The notes beneath the pieces were generated by a model. The model saw nothing but the letters and a program-made list of their open reading frames with translations, was not told the DNA's origin and did no database searches. Shown piece after piece: positions 1-9,546 of a DNA stretch of 64,000 bases; positions within the stretch are counted from its first letter, which is position 1, and each line of letters begins with the position of its first letter. The DNA lies in the NCBI GenBank assembly GCA_045605805.1, contig JAZUQR010000021.1, positions 32,001 to 96,000 of the forward strand, written 5' to 3'. The stretch comes from Alphaproteobacteria bacterium. Its GTDB lineage: Bacteria > Pseudomonadota > Alphaproteobacteria > CAAHEQ01 > UBA3637. The position numbers and the translations under genes were made by a program.

Positions 1-48
1 CAACACAGCACAGATGATGGCTGTTTTTACTTTTGAATATCCAAACAT
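1..48 (-). CDS. Probable N-terminus of protein translocase SecD (partial, runs off window)
   Basis: ATG at 48 right after yajC reads MFGYSKVKTAIICAVL; the yajC-secD order is conserved. Only 16 codons are visible. Confidence 0.5.
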   Translation of the reverse strand, partial: MFGYSKVKTAIICAVL

Positions 49-52
49 TCTT

Positions 53-388
53 TTATCCTTTCTTTGACACTTCGTCTTCGTTAAACAGAACCTGCGTCAC
101 ATATGGACGCAACACTTTAATCTCAACCCCATTGGCAATTTCAACCGTCAATTCAAGCGGTTCTACTTTTACCACTTTCCCAATAATACCGGATACATTT
201 ACATGTACACCTTTGACGATAGCATTCAACTCGGCTTCGTGTTTTTTATAGCGTTTTTGTTGCGGACGAATCATTAAAAAATAAACTATAACTAAAATCA
301 ACGCAAACTGGATTACCATAGTAGACATATCCCCTGTGGCTGAGGGAACGGCTTCGGCTATTTGTGCCATTGCAGATGTAATAAACAT
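53..388 (-). CDS. yajC: Preprotein translocase subunit YajC
   Basis: TM segment followed by YFLMIRPQQKR, GIIGKV, VEIANGVEIKV motifs. Confidence 0.93.
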   Translation of the reverse strand: MFITSAMAQIAEAVPSATGDMSTMVIQFALILVIVYFLMIRPQQKRYKKHEAELNAIVKGVHVNVSGIIGKVVKVEPLELTVEIANGVEIKVLRPYVTQVLFNEDEVSKKG

Positions 389-513
389 AAGTCACTCCTT
401 TTTTATATCTAGACACTATAACTATTTTTTTACAAAAAGCAAGTTTTTTTTCTTTTTCTTGACAAGATTCAAAAAAAAATGTAGTTTTAAGGGACTGTAA
501 GAAAGGATAGAAC

Positions 514-969
514 ATGCGTTTGATTGTGGAATATCTTGAAAATTATGATAAAAATTGGGATAGATTGGCTTATGCTCATCCCGATGATGCTGGCTTTGAT
601 TTGCGGGCTGCTATTCAAGATGATATTGTTTTGAAACCCATGGAAAAAGTTATTGTGCCGAACGGTGTTCGCTTTCAAATTGTTAGCGAGTCCAATTTAT
701 GGGAGATTCAATTGCGCCCTCGTTCCGGCTTGGCGGCAAAGTATGGTCTTTCCGTTGTTAATGCCCCTGGAACGATTGATTATGGCTATCGGGGCGAAGT
801 AAAAACTATTTTAATCAACTTGGGACAAGAAGATTTTGTCCTTCATGCGGGTGACAGGATTGCTCAGGCCGTTGTTTGTCCAATTGGACGGCCAGACATT
901 CTCTCTGGCACTGTGACAGACAACACAGACCGCAGTTCGGGCGGTTTTGGTTCTACAGGAGGAAAATAA
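514..969 (+). CDS. dut: dUTP diphosphatase
   Basis: AGFDL, RSGLA, GTIDYGYRGE, RIAQ, RSSGGFGSTG motifs. Confidence 0.97.
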   Translation: MRLIVEYLENYDKNWDRLAYAHPDDAGFDLRAAIQDDIVLKPMEKVIVPNGVRFQIVSESNLWEIQLRPRSGLAAKYGLSVVNAPGTIDYGYRGEVKTILINLGQEDFVLHAGDRIAQAVVCPIGRPDILSGTVTDNTDRSSGGFGSTGGK

Positions 970-1946
970 TGAAAAAATTAAAAATAAACTATTATGATTT
1001 TGGTAAAAATTTTAATGCCGAAAATCATTATTTTACAAAACTTTTGCGCACCAAATATGATGTAGAGATTTCCAATGAACCTGACTATATTTTCTATACT
1101 GTTTTTGGCAATAAACACCACGCTTTTGACGGTATCCGCATTTTTTGGACTGGGGAACAAATGTGTCCAAATTTCAACTTATGTGACTACGCTTTTGGGC
1201 ATAGTTATCTAACATTTGAAGACAGATATATGCGCTTTCCTCTTTGGGCTTTAGGAAAAGGCAACATTGAACAATCCTTGCATCGTCTTGATAATATGAC
1301 GGACAAACAATTGCTGGACAGAAAATTTTGTTGTGCTGTATTAGGTAATGGCACTCAAACAGATGGCGCCCGCCCAAGGATGTTGGAATTGTTAGAGCAG
1401 TATAAAACTGTGGATTACGGTGGCAAATATCACAATACCGTTGGTCGTATTTACCCACCGTCTGAAAAAGTAGGTTTTCAAAGAGACTATAAATTCTCTA
1501 TTGCCTTTGAGAATACTTATTGTTCTGGCTACACTATGGAAAAATTAGTTGATTCTTTTGCTTCACAACATATTCCTTTATATTATGGTAATCCTCGTGT
1601 AGCAGAAGAATTTAATCCCAAAGCCTTTATCAATGCGCATGATTTTAATTCATTAGAAGAAATGATGGATTATGTGAAGAAGGTGGATGAAGATGACGAA
1701 CTGTATTTATCAATTATGCGTGAACCGGTTTTCCAACCGGGGGCGTTAGACGCTGTATCAGATGAAAAAGTATTGGCGTTTTTAAGCCACATTTTTGATC
1801 AACCGTATGAACAGGCACGTCGTCGTTTTTATGCAAAACCTTATACTGATACCGATATTTATCGTCTCAAACAACGGGATATCAACGATATTTTTAAGGC
1901 TTATTTGAAACGAACATTACATTTGCCACATAAAAAGAAAGGATAA
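969..1946 (+). CDS. GT10 alpha-1,3/4-fucosyltransferase (Helicobacter FucT-like)
   Basis: YKFSIAFEN..GYTMEKLVDSF..IPLYYG..FNPKAFIN GT10 motif; ATG at 969 overlaps the dut stop (TAATG). Confidence 0.88.
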   Translation: MKKLKINYYDFGKNFNAENHYFTKLLRTKYDVEISNEPDYIFYTVFGNKHHAFDGIRIFWTGEQMCPNFNLCDYAFGHSYLTFEDRYMRFPLWALGKGNIEQSLHRLDNMTDKQLLDRKFCCAVLGNGTQTDGARPRMLELLEQYKTVDYGGKYHNTVGRIYPPSEKVGFQRDYKFSIAFENTYCSGYTMEKLVDSFASQHIPLYYGNPRVAEEFNPKAFINAHDFNSLEEMMDYVKKVDEDDELYLSIMREPVFQPGALDAVSDEKVLAFLSHIFDQPYEQARRRFYAKPYTDTDIYRLKQRDINDIFKAYLKRTLHLPHKKKG

Positions 1947-1953
1947 GAAAAAA

Positions 1954-3627
1954 ATGGCTTCCTATCAATATATTTATGTTATGAAAGATTTAAGCAAAAC
2001 CTTCCCTGGCGGAAAAGAGGTTTTGAAACATATTTGGCTTAGCTTTTTCCCTGGGGCCAAGATTGGCGTCATTGGCCCAAACGGTGCCGGTAAATCTACC
2101 CTGATGAAGATTATGGCGGGGCTAGATGATAACTTTACTGGCGAGGCTTGGCCTGCCGAGGGTGTGAAAGTTGGCTATTTGCCCCAAGAACCACAACTGG
2201 ACCCCACCAAAACGGTTATGGAAAATGTAATGGATGGGGTTGGCGAAGTGCGTGATTTAATGAAGCGTTGGGAGGAAGTGAACAATGCTTTTGCCGATCC
2301 GGATGCTGATATGGACAAGCTGTTGGCAGAACAGGCCGAACTTCAAGAAAAAATTGATGCCGTTGGCGGTTGGGATTTTGAACGCAATGTGGAAATTGCC
2401 ATGGATGCTTTGCGTTGTCCCCCTGGTGATTGGGATGTGACAAAGCTGTCTGGTGGTGAAAAACGGCGGGTGGCATTATGCCGTTTGCTTTTATCCAAGC
2501 CGGATATGCTTTTGCTTGACGAACCCACAAACCACTTGGATGCCGAATCGGTAGCGTGGTTGCAAATCTATTTGAAAAATTACACCGGTACAGTTGTGAT
2601 GATTACACACGACCGTTATTTCTTGGATAATGTGACAGGTTGGATTTTGGAAATGGATCGGGGTGAAGGCATTCCTCATGAAGGCAACTATACCAGTTGG
2701 TTAGAGGCCAAAGCCAAGCGTTTGGAAATTGAACAAAATGCCGAAGACAAGCGACAAAAAACTTTGAAAGAAGAATTGGAATGGGTGCGCTCTAATCCAA
2801 AAGCACGACAGGCAAAGTCAAAGGCTCGTATTACTGCTTATGAAGAACTTTTGAAAAAGTCCAACGAAAAAGTACCGGACATCGCTCAGATTGTCATTCC
2901 TGCCGGCCCTCGTTTGGGTGATTTAGTGTTGAAGGCGGATAACTTGAAAAAATCCTTTGGCGACAAATTGTTGTTTGAAAATCTGAACTTTAACCTGCCT
3001 GCCGGTGGCATTGTGGGTGTGATTGGACCAAACGGTGCAGGGAAGACAACCTTGATGCGCATTATTACAGGGCAAGAAAAACCTGATGAAGGCACTTTCC
3101 GTGTGGGAGAGACCGTTCAATTGGGCTATGTGGATCAAAGCCGAGATGCCTTGAATGACAACAATACTGTATGGCAAGAAATTTCTGGCGGGAATGATAT
3201 GTTGCTGCTTGGCAAGCGAGAAGTTTCCAGTCGGGCCTATGTGGCACAGTTCAACTTTAAGGGGGGCGATCAGCAAAAGAAAGTTGGTCAACTCTCTGGT
3301 GGTGAACGCAATCGGGTGCATATGGCCAAGATGTTAAAATCAGGGGCAAATGTCTTGTTGCTTGACGAACCGACCAATGATTTGGATGTGGATACCTTGC
3401 GTGCTTTGGAAGAAGCCCTGATGGATTTCCCTGGGTGTGCGGTGATTACCAGCCACGACCGTTGGTTTTTGGACAGGCTGGCCACGCATATTTTGGCCTT
3501 TGAGGGCGACAGTCAGGTTGTGTGGTTTGAAGGCAACTATGAAGAATATGAAGCCGATCGCAAACGGCGTTTAGGGATTGATGCCGACCAACCACATCGC
3601 ATTAAATATAAACCGATTGAGAGATAA
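1954..3627 (+). CDS. ettA: Energy-dependent translational throttle EttA (ABC-F)
   Basis: Two ABC cassettes, LSFFPGAKIGV N-terminus, ELEWVR..KARQAKSKAR linker, PHRIKYK C-terminus. Confidence 0.95.
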   Translation: MASYQYIYVMKDLSKTFPGGKEVLKHIWLSFFPGAKIGVIGPNGAGKSTLMKIMAGLDDNFTGEAWPAEGVKVGYLPQEPQLDPTKTVMENVMDGVGEVRDLMKRWEEVNNAFADPDADMDKLLAEQAELQEKIDAVGGWDFERNVEIAMDALRCPPGDWDVTKLSGGEKRRVALCRLLLSKPDMLLLDEPTNHLDAESVAWLQIYLKNYTGTVVMITHDRYFLDNVTGWILEMDRGEGIPHEGNYTSWLEAKAKRLEIEQNAEDKRQKTLKEELEWVRSNPKARQAKSKARITAYEELLKKSNEKVPDIAQIVIPAGPRLGDLVLKADNLKKSFGDKLLFENLNFNLPAGGIVGVIGPNGAGKTTLMRIITGQEKPDEGTFRVGETVQLGYVDQSRDALNDNNTVWQEISGGNDMLLLGKREVSSRAYVAQFNFKGGDQQKKVGQLSGGERNRVHMAKMLKSGANVLLLDEPTNDLDVDTLRALEEALMDFPGCAVITSHDRWFLDRLATHILAFEGDSQVVWFEGNYEEYEADRKRRLGIDADQPHRIKYKPIER

Positions 3628-3644
3628 GTACATTCTTTCTTAAC

Positions 3645-3674
3645 AAAAATCCCCCGATTTTGGGTCGGGGGAAG
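3645..3674 (-). terminator. Intrinsic terminator between convergent ettA and orphan gene
   Basis: TCCCCCG..CGGGGGA stem; T-run on the minus strand. Confidence 0.7.
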
Positions 3675-3686
3675 AAAAAAGGTGTG

Positions 3687-4277
3687 TTATTTTTGATTTT
3701 TATCGGTTTTATCCGGATGTAAAAAAATAAAAATCCTATCCAGCAAACTGTAATGCAATTTATCATCCAAGCCTTTGCCATTGCCCAGCGAGCGTTTGTT
3801 TTTCTTTTGTTTTTGCTGCAATTTATCATCCAAGCCTTTGCCATTGCCCAGAGAGCGTTTGTTTTTCTTTTTGGCTTGCTGCAATTTATCATCCAAGCCT
3901 TTGCCGTTGCCCAGCGAGCGTTTATCAGACACAGCCTTCTGTTCTAAACTGTGTTTTTCTTGTTCGTCCATGATAGAGAATACCACTTCAACATTTGGCT
4001 TTTGTTTTTTCAGTTCGTGAACCCGCAACAATTGAGCTGGTGTTAAATCCATTTTTGAAAAGTCCAAAACAGTCAATTTATCCTCTTGGGCTTTGTGAAT
4101 CATTTCATCAAACTCTTGTTTTTCCAACTCCTTTGCTTGGAAAAAAGTCAGTTCATGAGTTGATTGTTGTGTTGGATTCTGTTTTGTTTTTTGTTCTTTT
4201 GTTTCCATAACAGGCATTTTTGTTTTTGAAGGCATCTGCTGTGTTATCTGATTGTTTACATGCATAGACTTTTTCAT
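3687..4277 (-). CDS. Hypothetical Lys/Gln-rich protein with three 21-aa repeats
   Basis: ORF with RBS (AGGAGAG) before ATG 4277; KRSLGNGKGLDDKL x3. Confidence 0.7.
   Translation of the reverse strand: MKKSMHVNNQITQQMPSKTKMPVMETKEQKTKQNPTQQSTHELTFFQAKELEKQEFDEMIHKAQEDKLTVLDFSKMDLTPAQLLRVHELKKQKPNVEVVFSIMDEQEKHSLEQKAVSDKRSLGNGKGLDDKLQQAKKKNKRSLGNGKGLDDKLQQKQKKNKRSLGNGKGLDDKLHYSLLDRIFIFLHPDKTDKNQK
3754..3923. repeat. 63-bp tandem repeat, about 2.7 copies
   Basis: TGCAATTTATCATCCAAGCCTTTGCC starts at 3754, 3817, 3880. Confidence 0.95.
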
Positions 4278-4428
4278 ATTCTTCTCTCCTTTTCTTTCTA
4301 ATAGCTTTATCATACAAAAGTTTTGAAAAAAAATCAATAAAAATATAAAAAAAGTATTGCATTTCAAAAAAAAACGATTTAGACTTACTTTTGACGAGGT
4401 TGATTTTAACTTAAATAAGGAGAACTAA

Positions 4429-5034
4429 ATGAAAAAGGGACTTGTAATTTTGGGGGCTATGGCACTTTCCGCTTGTACCGTTGGTTTTGAATCAAACATT
4501 GATAAAGCCGAAGAAATTCGGGAACAAAGCATTGCTCAACGACATCAAACGGCTGGCTGTACTTTTGTGCGTGACCATGAATCTTACAAAAACTGTTTAA
4601 TCAATACGTACAATTTGAACTCACCAGCCACCTATTCCACCACCACGATGAATGACGGTCGGCCTGTGGCAGTGGTCACTAATATCGCAAGCTCAACCGC
4701 ACAAACTGCCTGTGGCTTGCAACCGATTCCTAAAACAGAAAAATATGAATGGGCTGCGCCTACCACAACTTCTCAGGTGCATACCGTTGAAACCGTTTGC
4801 CAAAAACAATTTCAACCTCAACAGACTGTGATTCAAACCGTTGAACAGCCTTTGGAACAACCTAAGCCAGAGGTGATTTTTGTGCAACCTGAACAAGAAA
4901 CGATTGTGGCAGAAACTGTGGTAGATTCTGAACCAGAATTGATCGATGCGGAGCTTTGGGCGCAAGCAGAGGAAGAATTAAAGTGTCCTTGTGAAGATCC
5001 AAATGATCCTTGCACACATTGTTATGATAAATAA
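4429..5034 (+). CDS. Hypothetical lipoprotein with C-terminal CPCEDPNDPCTHC motif
   Basis: Lipobox LSAC, RBS AAGGAG. Confidence 0.8.
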   Translation: MKKGLVILGAMALSACTVGFESNIDKAEEIREQSIAQRHQTAGCTFVRDHESYKNCLINTYNLNSPATYSTTTMNDGRPVAVVTNIASSTAQTACGLQPIPKTEKYEWAAPTTTSQVHTVETVCQKQFQPQQTVIQTVEQPLEQPKPEVIFVQPEQETIVAETVVDSEPELIDAELWAQAEEELKCPCEDPNDPCTHCYDK

Positions 5035-5049
5035 AAAAAGGAGGAAATC

Positions 5050-5541
5050 ATGAAAAAATTACTTACTCTCACAGCAACTGCTTTATTGTTGACAGCCTGT
5101 GCTGGCACACAAAACGGGGCCGAACTTTACGGCAACGGACAAGGCGGGTGGCAAGAAGATGTCAACATTACTGATTTGACAGAAACAACACTAACCAAGA
5201 AAATGAAACAAACTGGCTCTGATGTTGTGTATTTCAGCTTTAACGCTTCTTCTTTGGACAATGTTGCGAAAGCCACTTTGAAGGCGCAAGCCGAATGGTT
5301 GAAACAAAATCCAACTGCTTTGGTTGTGATTGAAGGCCGTTGTGACGAACGAGGCACCCGTGAATATAACCTTGCTTTGGGCGATCAACGGGCAAATGCT
5401 GCTCGCAACTATTTGATGGCTCAGGGCGTTGAACCTGCTCGCATTCGTACCATTTCCTATGGCAAAGATAAACCTGTGGTGTTGGGTTCGGATGAAGACG
5501 CATGGGCGAAAAACAGAAACGCCACAACTGTTGCCTATTAA
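5050..5541 (+). CDS. pal: Peptidoglycan-associated lipoprotein
   Basis: Lipobox LTAC; OmpA-like domain IEGRCDERGTREYNLALG..RA, ISYGK, KNR. Confidence 0.93.
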   Translation: MKKLLTLTATALLLTACAGTQNGAELYGNGQGGWQEDVNITDLTETTLTKKMKQTGSDVVYFSFNASSLDNVAKATLKAQAEWLKQNPTALVVIEGRCDERGTREYNLALGDQRANAARNYLMAQGVEPARIRTISYGKDKPVVLGSDEDAWAKNRNATTVAY

Positions 5542-5562
5542 AAAAATACTTGTAATCTTTTT

Positions 5563-5594
5563 ACCTTCCTTGTATAATGCAGGGAAGGTTTTTT
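5563..5594 (+). terminator. Intrinsic terminator after pal
   Basis: ACCTTCCTTGTA-TAA-TGCAGGGAAGGT followed by T-run. Confidence 0.7.
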
Positions 5595-5612
5595 ATTTGA
5601 AAGGGAGAAAAC

Positions 5613-6374
5613 ATGAAATACTGCTTATTTATCTTAGGCCTTTTGTCTGCCACCATTGTTCAAGCACAAGATCTTGTTTTGGAAGAAATCCCCTTGGAAG
5701 CACCTCATCCAGAGAGAACTCAGGACACAAAACTTTCCGACACTGATGTATCAACACAAACAACTCAGGCCTCTTTTTCCTTACAGAAAAGCATTTCCTA
5801 TGATGATTTGTACACACTTTTGGACAGCCAGACAAAAACTCTGCAAGAGCTGACCGCACGCTTGGAACAAGCAGAACATACCCTTAAAATGACCGAAGAA
5901 AAACTGGAACGCATCAATCAGGACATCGCCTTTCGCTTGACCGAACTTGAAAATAAGGCCAATACTGCCCCTGTTGTCATTGACAAAAACTCGGATAAAG
6001 AACGATATGATTATGCATACAGCCTTTTGAAAGACCAAAAATACCTCCAAGCTGAAACCGAGTTTTTATCTTTTATCAAAGACTTTGAAAGCTCGCCTTT
6101 CTTACCGAATGCGCTTTACTGGTTGGGCGAAACTTACTATACACAACAGCAATTTGAAAAATCTGTTGGGCCGTTTGCGGATGTTTTCACAAAGCACCAG
6201 ACATCCCACAAAGCACCGGATGCTTTGTTAAAAATGGGCTTAGCGATGATTGCTTTGGATAAAAAGACAGAAGCCTGCACGGCATTTATTGCTTTACCAA
6301 ATGAATATCCGAAGGCAGAACAATCTTTATTGAATCGTGCAAAAGAAGAAGCGCAAAAAAATCAATGTTTGTAA
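5613..6374 (+). CDS. cpoB: Tol-Pal associated TPR protein CpoB/YbgF
   Basis: Signal peptide, coiled coil, TPR with NALYWLGE and KAPDALLKMG; follows pal. Confidence 0.9.
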   Translation: MKYCLFILGLLSATIVQAQDLVLEEIPLEAPHPERTQDTKLSDTDVSTQTTQASFSLQKSISYDDLYTLLDSQTKTLQELTARLEQAEHTLKMTEEKLERINQDIAFRLTELENKANTAPVVIDKNSDKERYDYAYSLLKDQKYLQAETEFLSFIKDFESSPFLPNALYWLGETYYTQQQFEKSVGPFADVFTKHQTSHKAPDALLKMGLAMIALDKKTEACTAFIALPNEYPKAEQSLLNRAKEEAQKNQCL

Positions 6375-7627
6375 TTCCCCAAGATATTTTAAGATTTTTG
6401 AATCATCTCCCGCTTGAAAAGGGGAAAATTATTGTTGGTGTTTCGGGGGGCGCAGACAGCCTTTATCTAACCTTTCTTTTGAATGAATGGTGTCAAACAA
6501 ACAAACATCAATTGATTGCTGTGACGGTGGATCATGCCTTGCGTGAAACTTCCCATCAAGAGGCTTGCTATGTTCACGAATTACTTGCTGAAAAAAATAT
6601 TCGGCATGAAACTTTGGTGTGGCATGGACCAAAACCCAAAATGAATGTGGAAGAAAAAGCCCGAGAAAAACGCTATGAGCTTTTGATTGATTTTTGTAAA
6701 AAGGAAAAGGCCTCGGCTTTATTTTTAGCCCATCATCAACAAGACCAAAGCGAAACCTTTTTAGCTCGGCTTGCACATGCCAGCGGATTAGACGGCCTGT
6801 GTGCTATTTCTGATATTTCTTGGCGAAATCAGATGATGGTGGTTCGGCCGCTGCTGAAAACCCCGAAATCTGTTATTTTGAAAACCCTTCAAAAGCATCA
6901 GATTCTGTGGGTAGAGGACCCTATGAATCAAGATATCGCCTATGAGCGAGTTCGGTGGCGCAAGAAACAGGTTGAATTGGCTGCGATGGGTTTAACTGGC
7001 GAACATATTGGCACTGTTGTCCAAAGAATGAAGCGGGCAAAAGAGGCTTTGGATTGTTTTACACAACAATTTTTAAGCCAATTTTTAAGGCGTTCTGCTT
7101 TTGGTTATTTAGAAATGGATGAAGCCTGTTTGAAGGCTCAGCCAGAGGAAATTCGCATCCGCAGCGTGTTGGCAATGTTTAAGTTGCTTTCCTTAAAAGA
7201 TAAACCCATTTCTTTGGAGGGGGTTGAACAGATTGCCCTGACCTGCCCCAAGCATGCCACTTTATCCGGATGTCAATGGGTTATCAGCCATAAAAAAATC
7301 TATCTTGCCTTAGAAGAAAAAGAGATTCAGCAAAATGTTTTCATTCCTGCGGGTCATTGGGTTCGCTGGGGGGCCATCCAGATTTATACAACCACTTCCT
7401 TTATGGCCAAAAGCAAAGCCCCCAGCCCTCGTGTGGTGGGCATCCCCTATTTGGTTCAACGCACTTTTTTACACATTCCCAAGGGTTTTCAGGTTATCCC
7501 TTTAATAAACACGCAAAAAGAACTTGAAAAAAAATTAAAAATAGCCTATAAAGACAAAACACAAACCATTCTTATCAAGTTTGATGAACAAAAGGAAAAA
7601 ATAAATGAAAAAATTAAAAGGATTTAA
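6365..7627 (+). CDS. tilS: tRNA(Ile)-lysidine synthetase
   Basis: SGGADS PP-loop, [25 protein letters not shown]. Confidence 0.95.
   Translation: MFVIPQDILRFLNHLPLEKGKIIVGVSGGADSLYLTFLLNEWCQTNKHQLIAVTVDHALRETSHQEACYVHELLAEKNIRHETLVWHGPKPKMNVEEKAREKRYELLIDFCKKEKASALFLAHHQQDQSETFLARLAHASGLDGLCAISDISWRNQMMVVRPLLKTPKSVILKTLQKHQILWVEDPMNQDIAYERVRWRKKQVELAAMGLTGEHIGTVVQRMKRAKEALDCFTQQFLSQFLRRSAFGYLEMDEACLKAQPEEIRIRSVLAMFKLLSLKDKPISLEGVEQIALTCPKHATLSGCQWVISHKKIYLALEEKEIQQNVFIPAGHWVRWGAIQIYTTTSFMAKSKAPSPRVVGIPYLVQRTFLHIPKGFQVIPLINTQKELEKKLKIAYKDKTQTILIKFDEQKEKINEKIKRI
7523..7551 (+). promoter_or_regulatory. Putative sigma32 (RpoH) promoter for ftsH, inside tilS
   Basis: CTTGAA-N16-CCTATAA matches the alphaproteobacterial RpoH consensus; ftsH is a known heat-shock gene. 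Confidence 0.65.
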
Positions 7628-9482
7628 TAAGGGCTGGCTTATCTGGATGGCCTTGTTTGTCAGTGTTTTTGCTGTTTCTCAATTCAGTCAAAACCAAATT
7701 AAAATGGCTCAGCCGATTCCAGAATTGCCCTATTCCGAACTGGTGAAAAAAGTCAATGAGGGTGAAGTTTTTTCTGTGACAGTGACAGGTCAACATATTG
7801 AAGGGACAACCAAAGATTCAGAAAAATTCACAAGCTATATTCCAAATGATGCGCAAGTTGTGGCTCTGTTGGAAAAGAATCAAGTGACCATCAAGGCCCA
7901 ACCCGAACCCAAAGAAGATGGGTCTTTTTGGGCTGGACTTATGGGATGGTTGCCTATGTTGTTTTTCCTTTTTATTTGGATTATCATGATGAAGCAAATG
8001 GCAGCCAGCAACGGCAAGGCTTTAAGTTTTGGAAAGTCCAAAGCCAAACTTTTAACCGGCAAAGACAGTGTCACTTTTAAGGATGTGGCAGGCATTGAAG
8101 AAGCCAAACAAGAGCTGCAAGAAATTGTTGATTTTTTGAAATCACCCGTCAAGTTTCAACGCTTGGGCGGCAAAATACCCAAAGGGGTGTTGCTTGTTGG
8201 CCCTCCGGGGACAGGTAAGACTTTGCTTGCCAAGGCGATTGCCGGTGAAGCAGGCGTTCCTTTTTATTCCATTTCAGGTTCAGACTTTGTTGAAATGTTT
8301 GTGGGCGTTGGGGCTTCCCGTGTCAGAGATATGTTTGAACAAGCCAAGAAAACCTGCCCTTGCATTGTGTTTATGGACGAAATTGATGCTGTGGGGCGTC
8401 ATCGTGGAGCCGGCCTTGGGGGCGGAAATGATGAACGAGAACAGACCTTGAATCAGCTGTTGGTTGAAATGGATGGGTTTGAAACAAACAGCGGGATTAT
8501 TTTGATTGCTGCCACAAACCGGCCGGATGTGTTAGACCCTGCCCTGCTTCGTCCTGGTCGCTTTGACAGGCAAATTGTGGTGAACAATCCTGATGTGAAA
8601 GGGCGTGAAGATATCTTAAAGGTACATGTGCGCAAAGTGCCTTTGGCTCCGAATGTGCGTTTAGACATTTTGGCCCGAGGGACCCCAGGGTTTTCGGGGG
8701 CAGATTTGGCCAATCTTGTGAACGAAGCCGCTTTGTTGGCCGCCAGACGCAACAAGACCATGGTGACCATGAGTGAGTTTGAAGATGCCAAAGACAAAGT
8801 GATGATGGGAACAGAACGGCGCAGTTTAATGATGGATGACAAAGAAAAACGCATGACAGCCTATCACGAAGCCGGTCATGCCATTGTCTCATTGCATTTG
8901 CCGGAATCTGACCCCTTACACAAAGTGACGATTATTCCTCGTGGTCGGGCGTTGGGGGTGACCATGCAGTTGCCCGAAAAAGACAAGTATTCTCAAAGCA
9001 AAACCTATTTACAAAGCCGGTTGAGCATTTTGTTTGCCGGTCGGGTGGCCGAAGAAATGATTTTGGGCAAGGAAAAGGTTTCCACTGGGGCCAGTAATGA
9101 CATTCAAGTGGCCACAACCATTGCCCGCAGGATGGTGACCGAATGGGGGATGAGTCCTTTGGGGCCAATTGCTTTTGAAGAACCAGAAAGTGATGTGTTT
9201 TTGGGATACAGCATTGCCAAACGCAAAAATATGGCTGATCAAACGGCTTTACAGGTTGATAAGGCCATCAGCAATCTTGTTCAAAATGCTTATCGGCGCA
9301 CGCAAAACCTTTTACAACAACACAAAAAACAGTTGGATATTTTGGCCAACGGTTTAATGGAGTATGAAACTTTGTCTGGTGACGAAATTCAAAGTTTGTT
9401 GAAAGGAAAGAAAATTCGGCAGGATGAAAAAAAGGCTTCACACAAGAAACCTCGTTCCACGGTTCCGGAAGTGAAAAATTAA
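7605..9482 (+). CDS. ftsH: ATP-dependent zinc metalloprotease FtsH
   Basis: Two TMs, [19 protein letters not shown] motif, HEAGH. Confidence 0.98.
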   Translation: MKKLKGFNKGWLIWMALFVSVFAVSQFSQNQIKMAQPIPELPYSELVKKVNEGEVFSVTVTGQHIEGTTKDSEKFTSYIPNDAQVVALLEKNQVTIKAQPEPKEDGSFWAGLMGWLPMLFFLFIWIIMMKQMAASNGKALSFGKSKAKLLTGKDSVTFKDVAGIEEAKQELQEIVDFLKSPVKFQRLGGKIPKGVLLVGPPGTGKTLLAKAIAGEAGVPFYSISGSDFVEMFVGVGASRVRDMFEQAKKTCPCIVFMDEIDAVGRHRGAGLGGGNDEREQTLNQLLVEMDGFETNSGIILIAATNRPDVLDPALLRPGRFDRQIVVNNPDVKGREDILKVHVRKVPLAPNVRLDILARGTPGFSGADLANLVNEAALLAARRNKTMVTMSEFEDAKDKVMMGTERRSLMMDDKEKRMTAYHEAGHAIVSLHLPESDPLHKVTIIPRGRALGVTMQLPEKDKYSQSKTYLQSRLSILFAGRVAEEMILGKEKVSTGASNDIQVATTIARRMVTEWGMSPLGPIAFEEPESDVFLGYSIAKRKNMADQTALQVDKAISNLVQNAYRRTQNLLQQHKKQLDILANGLMEYETLSGDEIQSLLKGKKIRQDEKKASHKKPRSTVPEVKN

Positions 9483-9512
9483 ATCTTGCTTCAGATTTTT
9501 TTTAGGCATCAG

Positions 9513-9543
9513 AAAACCCCAAGGAAAGCCTTGGGGTTTTTGG
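9513..9543. terminator. Bidirectional intrinsic terminator
   Basis: Perfect 12-bp stem AAAACCCCAAGG-AAAG-CCTTGGGGTTTT between convergent genes. Confidence 0.85.
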
Positions 9544-9546
9544 TTA

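Noticed and set aside
3753-4020. Plus-strand ORFs over the 63-bp repeat
   Set aside because: Shadow frames kept open by the in-frame repeat; the minus-strand gene has the RBS and terminator
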